Source of the DNA: an uncultured Candidatus Saccharibacteria bacterium
GTDB lineage: Bacteria; Patescibacteriota; Saccharimonadia; Saccharimonadales; Saccharimonadaceae
DNA length: 64,000 nt
Assembly: GCA_963518445.1 (NCBI GenBank)
Contig: CAUQIU010000001.1
Span: 774 to 64,773, forward strand
Direction: 5' to 3'
Position numbers and translations under genes: made by a program. Numbering within the stretch: the first letter of the stretch is position 1; each line of letters begins with the position of its first letter. The notes under the pieces were generated by a model. That model was not told where the DNA came from. It did not search any database and worked only from the letters and a program-made list of their open reading frames with translations. Shown here one piece after another: positions 39,427 through 48,394 of the stretch.

Positions 39427-40404
39427 ATGGAAGAAGTGAGGGAAACGACTGATATTTTTTTGTGGGCAAATCAAACTGACGCAAAAAAGAATGATCTACA
39501 GATTGAACTATTTTTGTTTAATAAAAATTACACGCCGTATTTCATGCCCCTGAAGGGCGATGTTGAGCAGCAGCTGCGGCCACTATTTTTGTTTGATTAT
39601 ATCAATCAAGTTAATTTGGGCGCCGGCACTGGCCTTAGCATGCGGGATTATGAGTTGAGTGAAGCAGAAGATAACGTACTGCTGCGAACAGACCTCGTCA
39701 AGGTTGGCCGAGCGGAAACCTTGATTCATTTGATCGAGCATGAGCGTGGTGATATCGTGGAGTTTTCGGAAACTGAGCATGAGTTTAAGCGAATGAAGGG
39801 AGTGATAGCGCGGTTTACTGATCCGAATGATCCAGAAAAAATCTTTTACACCGCCAAGTTAATTCAGCAGGGACAGACGCTCAAAAGCGCGCTGGCGTGG
39901 GAGTTTTCTGACGGCAAGTTTGGCGCATTTAAGGCGGAAGTCGGTTTTAAGGTACCGGATGATAACCAGGTGCTGATCATCGGTCAGGATATTTTCGCCT
40001 TTAATCCAGGCAAGTTTGAGCGGATGTTTGGCTATGAGTACAAGAAGCAGGTGATTGCTGACAAGAAAGTGGCGGAGATCGAAAAGCAATATAAGTTGAG
40101 TTTCCCAGAAGGCTTGGATCTGAATGCGCTGGTCAAGGAGCGCAAAAAGACCATCAATAAGTTGCAGAAATTGGAGATCGGCGAGGTCAAGCAAGAGCAG
40201 GTGCTGGATTATGCTGATGAGATGCAGCTGGAGCTGATGAGCGATGATAACGGCGCGATTATCATTATGGACGGCAATGATCTGGATATGTTTGTGAACT
40301 TGATCAATGAGGACTACATCGAGAGCAAAATTACTGGTAAACGCTACGAAATTAAATCGAAAAAACTGCTGGGTGAGCCTGAGGGTGAACCGCCGCGAGG
40401 TTAA
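39427..40404 (+). CDS. Hypothetical protein (325 aa), translationally coupled to the downstream helicase
   Basis: ORF starting at an ATG 6 nt after TGCTATACT (39415-39420). Its stop is 2 nt before the helicase ATG. No family assigned by eye. Confidence 0.5.
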   Translation: MEEVRETTDIFLWANQTDAKKNDLQIELFLFNKNYTPYFMPLKGDVEQQLRPLFLFDYINQVNLGAGTGLSMRDYELSEAEDNVLLRTDLVKVGRAETLIHLIEHERGDIVEFSETEHEFKRMKGVIARFTDPNDPEKIFYTAKLIQQGQTLKSALAWEFSDGKFGAFKAEVGFKVPDDNQVLIIGQDIFAFNPGKFERMFGYEYKKQVIADKKVAEIEKQYKLSFPEGLDLNALVKERKKTINKLQKLEIGEVKQEQVLDYADEMQLELMSDDNGAIIIMDGNDLDMFVNLINEDYIESKITGKRYEIKSKKLLGEPEGEPPRG

Positions 40405-40406
40405 GT

Positions 40407-41927
40407 ATGGACCAGGAGTTGGCGCTGGCGATTTTGATGAGCGGTCGGTCGGCGCTGCTGACGGGTGCGGCTGGTACGGGCAAAACGCACCTGCTGAATA
40501 CTTTTATTGCACAGGCGCGTGACCAGGGTAAAAAGGTGTCGGTAACAGCGACGACGGGCTTGGCAGCGACGTATTTGGGCGGCAATACCATTCACAGTTG
40601 GAGTGGTATTGGTGTCAGTGATCACTTAGCGAACAACTTTTTTGATCGGCTGTCAAAAACGCGACGTGAGGTAATTACTAAGACTGATGTGCTGGTGATT
40701 GACGAGATTTCCATGCTGCATGATTTTCGGCTGGACATGGTCGATCGGGTGTTGCGTGGTGTCCGGGAGAATGACCAGCCATTTGGCGGTATTCAGCTAG
40801 TGATGAGTGGTGACTTTTTCCAATTACCGCCGATCAATCGTCCGGGTGAGCAGGGCGGTGGTTTTGTGGTGTATTCGGAAGCGTGGCAGGAGTTACAGCC
40901 GGCGGTGCTATATCTGGAGCGGCAATATCGGCAAAATGACGAGCAGCTCCTCGAGATTTTGACGGCACTGAGGAATGACGATATCAGGCGGCATCATGCC
41001 GAGACGCTGCTGGCGCGGACGGAGGTCGAGTTGCCTGATGGTGACATCACCGAGCTACACACCGTCAATGTTGACGTTGACGCCATCAATAGCCAGAAGC
41101 TGGCGGAACTGCCGGGCGAGGAGCGAACGTATCAGCAGACGACGACAGGCTCAAAGGTGTATGTCGAGAGTCTGCAGCGGTCGGTGCTGGCACCGAGTGA
41201 GCTGGTGTTGAAACTGGGTGCGTTGGTGATGGCGGTGAAAAATTCGCCGCAGAAATTGTATGCCAATGGTAGTATCGGCACGGTGGTGGATTTCGAGCCG
41301 CTGACGGACTATCCAATTGTGGAGTTTCGCAGTGGCCAGCAGGTGACCATGGTGCCGGATGTGTGGGAATTGCGTGATGGTGAGCGTAAGCGCGCTAGCA
41401 TTTCCCAGGTACCACTGCGCCTGGCGTGGGCTATCACCGTGCATAAAAGCCAGGGCATGACGCTTGACGCAGCAAAAATTGACCTGAGAAAAGCGTTTGT
41501 TGAAGGTATGGGCTACGTGGCCCTCAGTCGGGTGCGAGATCTTGAAAATCTATATCTTTACGGCATTAACCGCAAAGCGCTGGAAGTCTCGCCTGACGCG
41601 CTGGCAATTGATGAAGTGTTGCAGCGGACAAGTAGTGAGGCGGCCAAGCACTATCGTCCGATGCTGGAGGAAATGAAGCGAAAACAGTCAGTGCCGAAAA
41701 AATCAGGCAGGAAATCTCAGTCTGGCAGCTGGCAGCAAAAAATTGCCAAAATGCGCGAAACCTATCCCAAAGCCTATATGCCATGGGAAAAAGCTGACGA
41801 TGACATCCTCAAACAGGAGTTTCTGCAGGGAGCAACCATCCAGCAGCTTAGTCAACAACTTGGCCGGCATGAAGGCTCAATTCGCATGCGACTACAGAAG
41901 CATTTTGGGGAGGATACCGTAGCGTAA
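40407..41927 (+). CDS. Pif1/RecD-family (SF1B) ATP-dependent DNA helicase with a C-terminal HTH-like tail
   Basis: Walker A LTGAAGTGKTHLL, Walker B VLVIDEISML, GDFFQLPPI, and ITVHKSQGMTLD with VALSRVR. Confidence 0.75.
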   Translation: MDQELALAILMSGRSALLTGAAGTGKTHLLNTFIAQARDQGKKVSVTATTGLAATYLGGNTIHSWSGIGVSDHLANNFFDRLSKTRREVITKTDVLVIDEISMLHDFRLDMVDRVLRGVRENDQPFGGIQLVMSGDFFQLPPINRPGEQGGGFVVYSEAWQELQPAVLYLERQYRQNDEQLLEILTALRNDDIRRHHAETLLARTEVELPDGDITELHTVNVDVDAINSQKLAELPGEERTYQQTTTGSKVYVESLQRSVLAPSELVLKLGALVMAVKNSPQKLYANGSIGTVVDFEPLTDYPIVEFRSGQQVTMVPDVWELRDGERKRASISQVPLRLAWAITVHKSQGMTLDAAKIDLRKAFVEGMGYVALSRVRDLENLYLYGINRKALEVSPDALAIDEVLQRTSSEAAKHYRPMLEEMKRKQSVPKKSGRKSQSGSWQQKIAKMRETYPKAYMPWEKADDDILKQEFLQGATIQQLSQQLGRHEGSIRMRLQKHFGEDTVA

Positions 41928-41953
41928 GCAGAATATACGGTATAATGATAGAT

Positions 41954-43216
41954 ATGACGGAGACAAAACGATCGAATCCAAGTTTTCCAAAACGATTTTT
42001 ATGGGGTGCGGCTATTTCGGCGCACCAGACGGAAGGAGGCTTGAGCAATCAGTGGACCGCCTGGGAACTGGAAAATGCCAAAAAGCTAGCCACGCAGGCG
42101 CCGTACGGCTTTGGACGAACTGCCATGTGGTCACATGTGGAAAAAGAGGCTACGAATCCTGATAGTTACGTTTCAGGTACCGCTGTTGAGCACTATTCAC
42201 GCTATGAGGAAGATTTCCAGCTATTAGCGCAGATGGGGCTTAATTCATTTCGGTTTGGAATTGAATGGGCTCGTGTGGAGCCAGAAGAGGGCGCGTGGGA
42301 TGCATCGGTGATTGATCATTATCGCACCTATTTGAAACGGTTGAAAGAATTGGAAATCAATCCTGTAGTAACACTGTTTCATTTTACCTTGCCAGTTTGG
42401 TTTGCCGAGAAAGGTGGCTTTGAGAGGCGAAGTAATGTAGCTTATTTTGTGCGATTTGTGGAAAAAATTCTGGATGAATTGGGCCGTGATCTGGAGTGGA
42501 TTATTAGTATCAATGAGCCGCTAGTATATGTCGGGGAAAGTTATTTTCAGGGGGCGTGGCCACCAAATCAAACTAAAAAATTACTTGGATTTAAGGTGTT
42601 ACTAAATCTGATACGGGCGCACAAGAAGGTTTATCAGCTTGCGTGCAAAAATCGCCGCCACAAGGTGTCGATGGCGCATAATCTATCGTACATTTACGCT
42701 GGGGACGACGCTTGGGTGTCGCGGCTGAGTGCTCGAGTGGCTGACTACTTTATCAATCAGTGGATCGTTCGGCGAGTGCGCAAGCATAGTAATTTTCTGG
42801 CGGTCAATTATTACTTTGCGCAACGGTTTTTTGGGTATCGAGTGCATAATTCTGAGAAGAATCCAGAGAGCGACTTAGGCTGGGATATGCAGCCAGACAA
42901 ATTGTATGAGTTGCTAGTCGAGACGTACAAAAAGCACCAATTGCCAATTTTTATCACAGAGAATGGGTTGGCTGATGCGACAGATCAACACCGTAAATGG
43001 TGGCTGATGGAAACGATTCGAGCTATGGACAGGGCACTCAAAGAAGACGTCAAGATTATCGGCTATCTGCACTGGAGTCTGCTCGATAACTTTGAGTGGG
43101 ACAAGGGATACTGGCCGAAGTTTGGTCTGGCAAGGGTTGATAGAAAAACCATGGAACGTACGTTGCGGGCAAGTGGTAAATGGTATGGCATGGTCGTGAA
43201 GCGATTGCGATCATAG
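41954..43216 (+). CDS. Glycoside hydrolase family 1 (beta-glucosidase-like)
   Basis: FLWGAAISAHQTEG, acid/base NEP (ISINEPLVY), nucleophile ITENG (IFITENGLAD). The ATG lies 7 nt after TATAAT (41941-41946). Confidence 0.8.
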   Translation: MTETKRSNPSFPKRFLWGAAISAHQTEGGLSNQWTAWELENAKKLATQAPYGFGRTAMWSHVEKEATNPDSYVSGTAVEHYSRYEEDFQLLAQMGLNSFRFGIEWARVEPEEGAWDASVIDHYRTYLKRLKELEINPVVTLFHFTLPVWFAEKGGFERRSNVAYFVRFVEKILDELGRDLEWIISINEPLVYVGESYFQGAWPPNQTKKLLGFKVLLNLIRAHKKVYQLACKNRRHKVSMAHNLSYIYAGDDAWVSRLSARVADYFINQWIVRRVRKHSNFLAVNYYFAQRFFGYRVHNSEKNPESDLGWDMQPDKLYELLVETYKKHQLPIFITENGLADATDQHRKWWLMETIRAMDRALKEDVKIIGYLHWSLLDNFEWDKGYWPKFGLARVDRKTMERTLRASGKWYGMVVKRLRS

Positions 43217-43244
43217 TGTTTAGCTAGCCACACAGTACACTAGA

Positions 43245-43272
43245 CTTTTCCACAATTTTGTGGAAAAGTTTT
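43245..43272 (+). terminator. Rho-independent terminator after the GH1 gene
   Basis: CTTTTCCACAA-TT-TTGTGGAAAAG is an 11-bp perfect stem, followed by TTTTCGTTT. Confidence 0.75.
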
Positions 43273-43275
43273 CGT

Positions 43276-43341
43276 TTGGGGATAAAATGGGTAAAAAGTA
43301 CTAAAAAAGACTTGCAAGTGGGTAGTTGTGGGTAGTATTAT
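43276..43341 (+). promoter_or_regulatory. mraZ/dcw promoter with phased (G/T)TGGG direct repeats (putative MraZ operator)
   Basis: TTGCAA (43312-43317), 18-nt spacer, TATTAT (43336-43341). GTGGGTAG repeated at 43318 and 43328 inside the spacer. TGGG also at 43277 and 43288. Confidence 0.55.
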
Positions 43342-43434
43342 GAAGTCAGTGGTAACGGCAACGAGCCGTTGAACAATAACAAACAACCACTAACATTAAA
43401 AAATCAATCTAATTCCGTCAGGGAAGGAGCCTCA

Positions 43435-43809
43435 GTGCAAGTAGATTACTTTGAGCGAAAGCTGGACGACAAGCGTCGTTTGACGATGCCAGCTGAACTC
43501 AGGGAGGAATTTGCATCTGGTGTGGTCCTGACCAGAGGGTTTGGCAAATACCTCCACCTATATCCGCGGCGGGTCTGGGATAAAGAAGTCGAGAGCGCTT
43601 TGCAGGGTAGTATCCTGGATGAGCGAATTGCCGACCTGAACGTTAAGTTCCGACGGGGTAAAACGGCATCCACGCTTGACCAAAAACAAGGTCGGGTGAC
43701 AGTAGAACAGCATTTGCTGGACTATGCTGGCATTGACCGGGAAATTGTGGCGGTTCGCGCCGGAGCATATTTCCGAGTGATGGCAGCGGATGTGGCTGAT
43801 GCGGATTGA
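43435..43809 (+). CDS. mraZ: Transcriptional regulator MraZ
   Basis: Two SpoVT/AbrB-like halves with DDKRRLTMP and DQKQGRVTV (DxxxR motifs). GTG start 5 nt after AAGGAG (43424-43429). Confidence 0.75.
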   Translation: MQVDYFERKLDDKRRLTMPAELREEFASGVVLTRGFGKYLHLYPRRVWDKEVESALQGSILDERIADLNVKFRRGKTASTLDQKQGRVTVEQHLLDYAGIDREIVAVRAGAYFRVMAADVADAD

Positions 43810-44084
43810 TGAATTGTACGCACATTAACAATTAGGAAACCTCTCGAGATCAACTACCTGGGTATTTGAGAAGAGCACTCGTGGCTATTTGCTCCACAAT
43901 AAAAACGGCAATGCACCTTCCTTAAAACACCTCCCAAAAAAACTCCACCTCACACATAAGTCTCTTTTGGAAAACACGCTTTTCCTCTCTTAAAGACATA
44001 AAAAACAAACACAAAACAAACACAAAAGCTCAAATTAAATATCCAGATAGGTGATCTCGAGCATTATTCCGTTATAATGGAGTA

Positions 44085-45002
44085 ATGATGAGTATTAAAG
44101 AACATCCACCACAGCCGGATTTGTCGAATGACGCTCCGGTTCATGTTCCCGTACTCTTAGAGGAGACCGTGCGTGCGCTCGCCCCTCGTCGGGGTGAAGC
44201 GTACCTTGATTTGACTGCTGGCTATGGCGGTCATGCGCGAGAGATTCTCAAGAGGACAGATAACTATTTGAACGCTGTATTGGTTGATCGTGATAGCAAC
44301 GCGATTCAAACATTAGGCGATTTGACAGAAAAAGGTGTCAGATTGATGCATCAAGATTTTGCGTCAGCGGCACGTGATTTGGTCAAGCTTGGGCGAAAAT
44401 TTGACGTGATTTTGGCTGATTTGGGGGTGTCGTCACCGCAGCTTGACAGAGCAGAGAGGGGTTTTTCATTTCGTTTTGATGGTCCGTTGGATATGAGAAT
44501 GGACGATACGACGGAGATGACAGCAGCTGATATCATCAATCATGCTTCAGTGGATGAGTTGGTTCGGCTGATAACCCTGTACGGCGAGGAGACTCGTTCG
44601 CGCGCTATGCATATTGCGAAAGCGATTGTAGCGCATCGTCCGATGACGCGAACGTCTGAGCTGGCTGAACTGATTGAGCGGGCTGTTGGTCGCGGTGGAC
44701 TAAAAAGACATCCAGCGACTCGCACCTTTCAAGCCCTCAGAATTGAAGTTAACCAAGAACTTCAGCAGGTAGAGCAGGTATTGCCATTATTACCTCAGCT
44801 GCTCAATCCAGGCGGCCGTGTCGGTATCATTAGCTTTCACAGTCTGGAAGATCGATTGGTTAAACGGTTTTTTAAGGAGCAATCAGAAGCAGGGTATGAA
44901 GCCGAGCTGATGATTCCTGATAAAAAATTGATTCTAGGGACTACAGATGTTCACAATCCGCGCAGTCGGAGCGCTAAGCTTCGCTGGGCCGTAAAAACAT
45001 AA
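44085..45002 (+). CDS. rsmH: 16S rRNA (cytosine1402-N4)-methyltransferase
   Basis: HVPVLLEE, YLDLTAGYGGH, ADLGVSSPQLD, RGFSFRFDGPLDMRM, SFHSLEDRLVK. Confidence 0.9.
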   Translation: MMSIKEHPPQPDLSNDAPVHVPVLLEETVRALAPRRGEAYLDLTAGYGGHAREILKRTDNYLNAVLVDRDSNAIQTLGDLTEKGVRLMHQDFASAARDLVKLGRKFDVILADLGVSSPQLDRAERGFSFRFDGPLDMRMDDTTEMTAADIINHASVDELVRLITLYGEETRSRAMHIAKAIVAHRPMTRTSELAELIERAVGRGGLKRHPATRTFQALRIEVNQELQQVEQVLPLLPQLLNPGGRVGIISFHSLEDRLVKRFFKEQSEAGYEAELMIPDKKLILGTTDVHNPRSRSAKLRWAVKT

Positions 45003-45237
45003 CACAAAAAGGAGGCAATTATGCCAGTACACATCAAAGTTCAGTTCCAAGACGCAGACCACTCCGAGAGCGTTGCTGTTCGCCGCGGCTAATTAGTCGG
45101 TAGTAGAATAGCTGACGCACTATCCGGACAGTGTATCAGTTGATGATCTGGTCCGTCCTTGTGTTTTGAGACGGGCCAGGTTATCTTGGAATGTCACAAT
45201 TGTAGAAATTATATACCAACATAACATAGAAAACAGA

Positions 45238-45582
45238 ATGTACGCACGATCCACCACTTTCACACCTCGACGGCAGCAACAGATGCGCCGCAATCAAAAT
45301 GCAACTCGTTTTCGGTCTAATGTCAAACTCGGCCCAGTGGCTCATACAGTACTGGTCGCGCTGATGGTTGCTGTGCTTGGCTTGATTTACTTGACGCAGG
45401 CGACTAAAACGTCCGCGTACAGTAGAGAGTCTCAGGGCTTGGATAAACAGATTAGTGAACTCCATGCTAAAAAATCTGAACTTGAAGTGCAAAATGCTCG
45501 ATTGACGGCTCTTGATAAAGTGAAAAATAGCAACGTGGCATCAGCCATGAGCAAGCCGTCACAAACTGATTACGCTAATTAG
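45238..45582 (+). CDS. ftsL: FtsL/DivIC-like cell-division protein
   Basis: Basic N-terminus, single TM helix (VAHTVLVALMVAVLGLIYL), then a coiled coil (ISELHAKKSELEVQNARL). Canonical position between rsmH and ftsI. The start is uncertain. Confidence 0.55.
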   Translation: MYARSTTFTPRRQQQMRRNQNATRFRSNVKLGPVAHTVLVALMVAVLGLIYLTQATKTSAYSRESQGLDKQISELHAKKSELEVQNARLTALDKVKNSNVASAMSKPSQTDYAN

Positions 45583-45610
45583 ATAAAAGTGGTATAATTT
45601 AAGAAGCACT

Positions 45611-47356
45611 ATGAAGGGGCGACTTGCGCAATCACGAACGAGTCTACTCGCCATTATTCTGCTGGGGATAATGGCAGTTTTTGTGTTGAGATTATTTCAA
45701 TTGCAGGTGCTGCAGCACGGCAAATATGTTGAACTAGCAGCGCGCAATCAGCAGCGCACGTTGGTGATTCCGGCCACGCGGGGCGAAATTTACATGATGG
45801 ACGGCAAGACGCCGGCTCCGGTGGTGCTGAACCGTATGATATTTAATGTGGTGGCTGATCCACAAACCGTCTCTGACGGTCAGCGCCATGAGATCATTCA
45901 AGCGCTGCGTCAGACAGCTGGCGATAAGCTCATGGAGAATGCTGAGGGACGACTTGCTAACAAAAAATCGCGCTATGAGGTTTTGGCTCGGGGTTTGACG
46001 CTAGACCAGGCTGAGCAGATGAAAAAGAAGGATTTTTCAGGCGTATTGTACCAGCTCAATTCGGTTCGGAATTATCCAGAAGGAGCTTTAGGTGCACAAG
46101 TATTGGGCTTTGTAAATGCGAATGGTGAAGGTCAGTATGGCGTAGAGGGCGCGTTGGACAAGCGACTCAAAGGTAGTGATGGGCTGCTACGAGCAGTGAC
46201 TGACGTGCGAAATGTGCCGCTGATGATAGGTAAGAATGACGTGAATATTGAGGCGAAGGCGGGTGAGGATTTGGTGCTGTCAATTGACCGCAATGTCCAG
46301 AGTTATGCCGAAGAAGCTCTCAAACGTGGCCTGCAAAAAGCTGGTGGTACAGAGGGTAGTGTTGTGGTGATGAATCCCAACAATGGCCGAGTGTTAGCTA
46401 TGGCGAATTATCCAACGTTCAATCCTGCCGAGTATAACAAGGTGCAAAATGCAGCTGCGTTCATTAACGCCGCAACCATGACACCACAAGAGCCAGGGTC
46501 AATCATGAAATCATTTACCATGGCGATGGGAATTGACAAGGGTGCGATTACGCCAAATACCACCTATCAGAACACTGATTGTACCCAAGTTGGTGACCGT
46601 AAGATTTGTAATGCAGTGCGCGGTTTAACTGGTACAACCACCATGCAGCAAGCACTAAACAACTCTCACAACGTTGGTACAGTGACGGTTGGGCGAAAAT
46701 TAGGTGACGGTTCGTATATCAATAACGCCGCGCGGCAAACGATTTACCAATACTTTCATGATAAATATGGCTTTGGTGAGAAAACAGGAATTGAGCTGTC
46801 AGAAGCACAAGGGTTGATCACTAGTCCGACTGAACAAGAGGGAAATGAAGTTCGGTATGCAAATATGACGTTCGGGCAGGGAATGAACCTAACGCCAATC
46901 CAAGTCGCCTCGGCCTTTTGCTCAATCATCAATGGAGGAGTGTACTACCGTCCAACGGTCATCGCTGGAGTGAAAAAAGGCGATGCTGTCGAGTGGTCAA
47001 AGCCGCAGCCACTACGCCACACGGTGAGTGCGGAGACGTCTACCCAGATGCGCACAATGTTGGATACAACGCGCCATTCATTTTGGGTAGGCAAGGACGA
47101 TAAGCCAGGCTATCTTGTCGGTGGTAAAACGGGTACGGTAGAGCTTTTGGTGAACGGTGCATACAGTATGAAAGAAACGGCTGGTACCTACGTTGGTTTT
47201 GGTGGCACAGATAAGCCAGAATATGTCATAATGATAAGGGTATCGGCGCCAAACAAGCACGCTGCGCTGGAAGGTAGTGTTCATGCGTCGCCAATTTTTA
47301 CTGATATTTCGAACTGGATGATTGAGTATTTGAAATTATCACCGAGGAGATCCTAA
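45611..47356 (+). CDS. ftsI: Class B penicillin-binding protein (FtsI-type transpeptidase)
   Basis: TM anchor, PBP dimerisation region, SxxK (GSIMKSF), SxN (NSHNVG), KTG (GGKTGTV). Confidence 0.85.
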   Translation: MKGRLAQSRTSLLAIILLGIMAVFVLRLFQLQVLQHGKYVELAARNQQRTLVIPATRGEIYMMDGKTPAPVVLNRMIFNVVADPQTVSDGQRHEIIQALRQTAGDKLMENAEGRLANKKSRYEVLARGLTLDQAEQMKKKDFSGVLYQLNSVRNYPEGALGAQVLGFVNANGEGQYGVEGALDKRLKGSDGLLRAVTDVRNVPLMIGKNDVNIEAKAGEDLVLSIDRNVQSYAEEALKRGLQKAGGTEGSVVVMNPNNGRVLAMANYPTFNPAEYNKVQNAAAFINAATMTPQEPGSIMKSFTMAMGIDKGAITPNTTYQNTDCTQVGDRKICNAVRGLTGTTTMQQALNNSHNVGTVTVGRKLGDGSYINNAARQTIYQYFHDKYGFGEKTGIELSEAQGLITSPTEQEGNEVRYANMTFGQGMNLTPIQVASAFCSIINGGVYYRPTVIAGVKKGDAVEWSKPQPLRHTVSAETSTQMRTMLDTTRHSFWVGKDDKPGYLVGGKTGTVELLVNGAYSMKETAGTYVGFGGTDKPEYVIMIRVSAPNKHAALEGSVHASPIFTDISNWMIEYLKLSPRRS

Positions 47357-48394
47357 ATGAAAAGCTATATACAAACGGTAACAAACGAAATGACCTATAT
47401 CTTTGTGTTGAGTCTGGCGGCGTTCTTACTGGCAATGTTCTTGACGCCAATTTACACATTCTTTGCTTATAGATATCAATTCTGGAAACGACAACGTACC
47501 TCTGCGGTGACCGGGGAAAAGCTTCAGGTATTTGATAAGCTTCACGAGGAGAAATTGCGTCGTCATATCCCAACGATGGCCGGCATCATTGGCGTAGTTT
47601 CCATCGTCTTGATCACGCTGCTATTTAACCTAGACCGTCGGCAAACATGGTTACCGCTGGCGGCTTTTGTTGGTGGTGCGGCTGTGGGGCTGATAGATGA
47701 TTATTTGAATATCTTTGGTAGCAATAAAAAAGACGCTGGCATGCGGGCGCCTGTCAAATTTGCGCTGATTACATTAATTGGTTTGGTACTGGGATGGTTC
47801 TTTTTTGCCAAACTGGGCGTTAGTAGCTTTCATGTGCCGTTTTATGGTGATTTATCAGTCGGCTGGCTGATCATACCATTGTTTGCGTTTGCGGTCGTCG
47901 CGACGGGTAATGCGGTTAATATTTCAGATGGCCTGGATGGCCTGGCAGGCGGACTGCTGGCTATCAGTTTTGTGATGTTTGGCGTGATTGCGCTGCTGCA
48001 GGGAAACTTCTTATTGGCTAGCTTCTGTTTTACGGTGGTTGGCGCATTGCTCAGCTACCTGTGGTTCAATATCTATCCAGCGAGGTTCTTCATGGGTGAC
48101 GTTGGTGCTTTTGCCTATGGAGCAAGCTTGGGCGTGGTGGCGATGCTAACAAACTCGTTGTTGCTTCTGCCGATCATCGGTTTGTTATTTGTGGTCGAAG
48201 CAGGCTCTAGCGCGTTACAAATTGCCAGCAAGCGATTGTTTGGCCGAAAAATCTTCAAATCTGCACCAATTCACCATCACTTGGAGGCTAGTGGTTGGCC
48301 GGAGACCAAGATTACCATGCGTTTTTGGGTAATTGGCTGCGTGATGGCATTTATCGGTTTTCTCGTAGCCTTGGCAGGAGGGAATATTGCGTAA
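47357..48394 (+). CDS. mraY: Phospho-N-acetylmuramoyl-pentapeptide transferase
   Basis: PTMAGI, DDYLNI, NAVNISDGLDGLA, MGDVGAFAYG, APIHHHLE. Confidence 0.9.
   Translation: MKSYIQTVTNEMTYIFVLSLAAFLLAMFLTPIYTFFAYRYQFWKRQRTSAVTGEKLQVFDKLHEEKLRRHIPTMAGIIGVVSIVLITLLFNLDRRQTWLPLAAFVGGAAVGLIDDYLNIFGSNKKDAGMRAPVKFALITLIGLVLGWFFFAKLGVSSFHVPFYGDLSVGWLIIPLFAFAVVATGNAVNISDGLDGLAGGLLAISFVMFGVIALLQGNFLLASFCFTVVGALLSYLWFNIYPARFFMGDVGAFAYGASLGVVAMLTNSLLLLPIIGLLFVVEAGSSALQIASKRLFGRKIFKSAPIHHHLEASGWPETKITMRFWVIGCVMAFIGFLVALAGGNIA

Noticed and set aside
36708-41927. Treating the five tightly spaced genes as a single operon.
   Set aside because: Four of the five genes carry their own TATAAT box 6-8 nt (or 14 nt, if the 36714 ATG is the true start of the first gene) upstream of the start codon. 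Tight spacing is universal in this window. Only the 39427-41927 pair looks obligatorily co-transcribed.
43981-44030. Imperfect tandem 'AAACAAACACAAAAC' repeats considered as a microsatellite or repeat feature.
   Set aside because: There are only about two imperfect units. It is better described as part of the C/A-rich G-poor tract reported in the findings.
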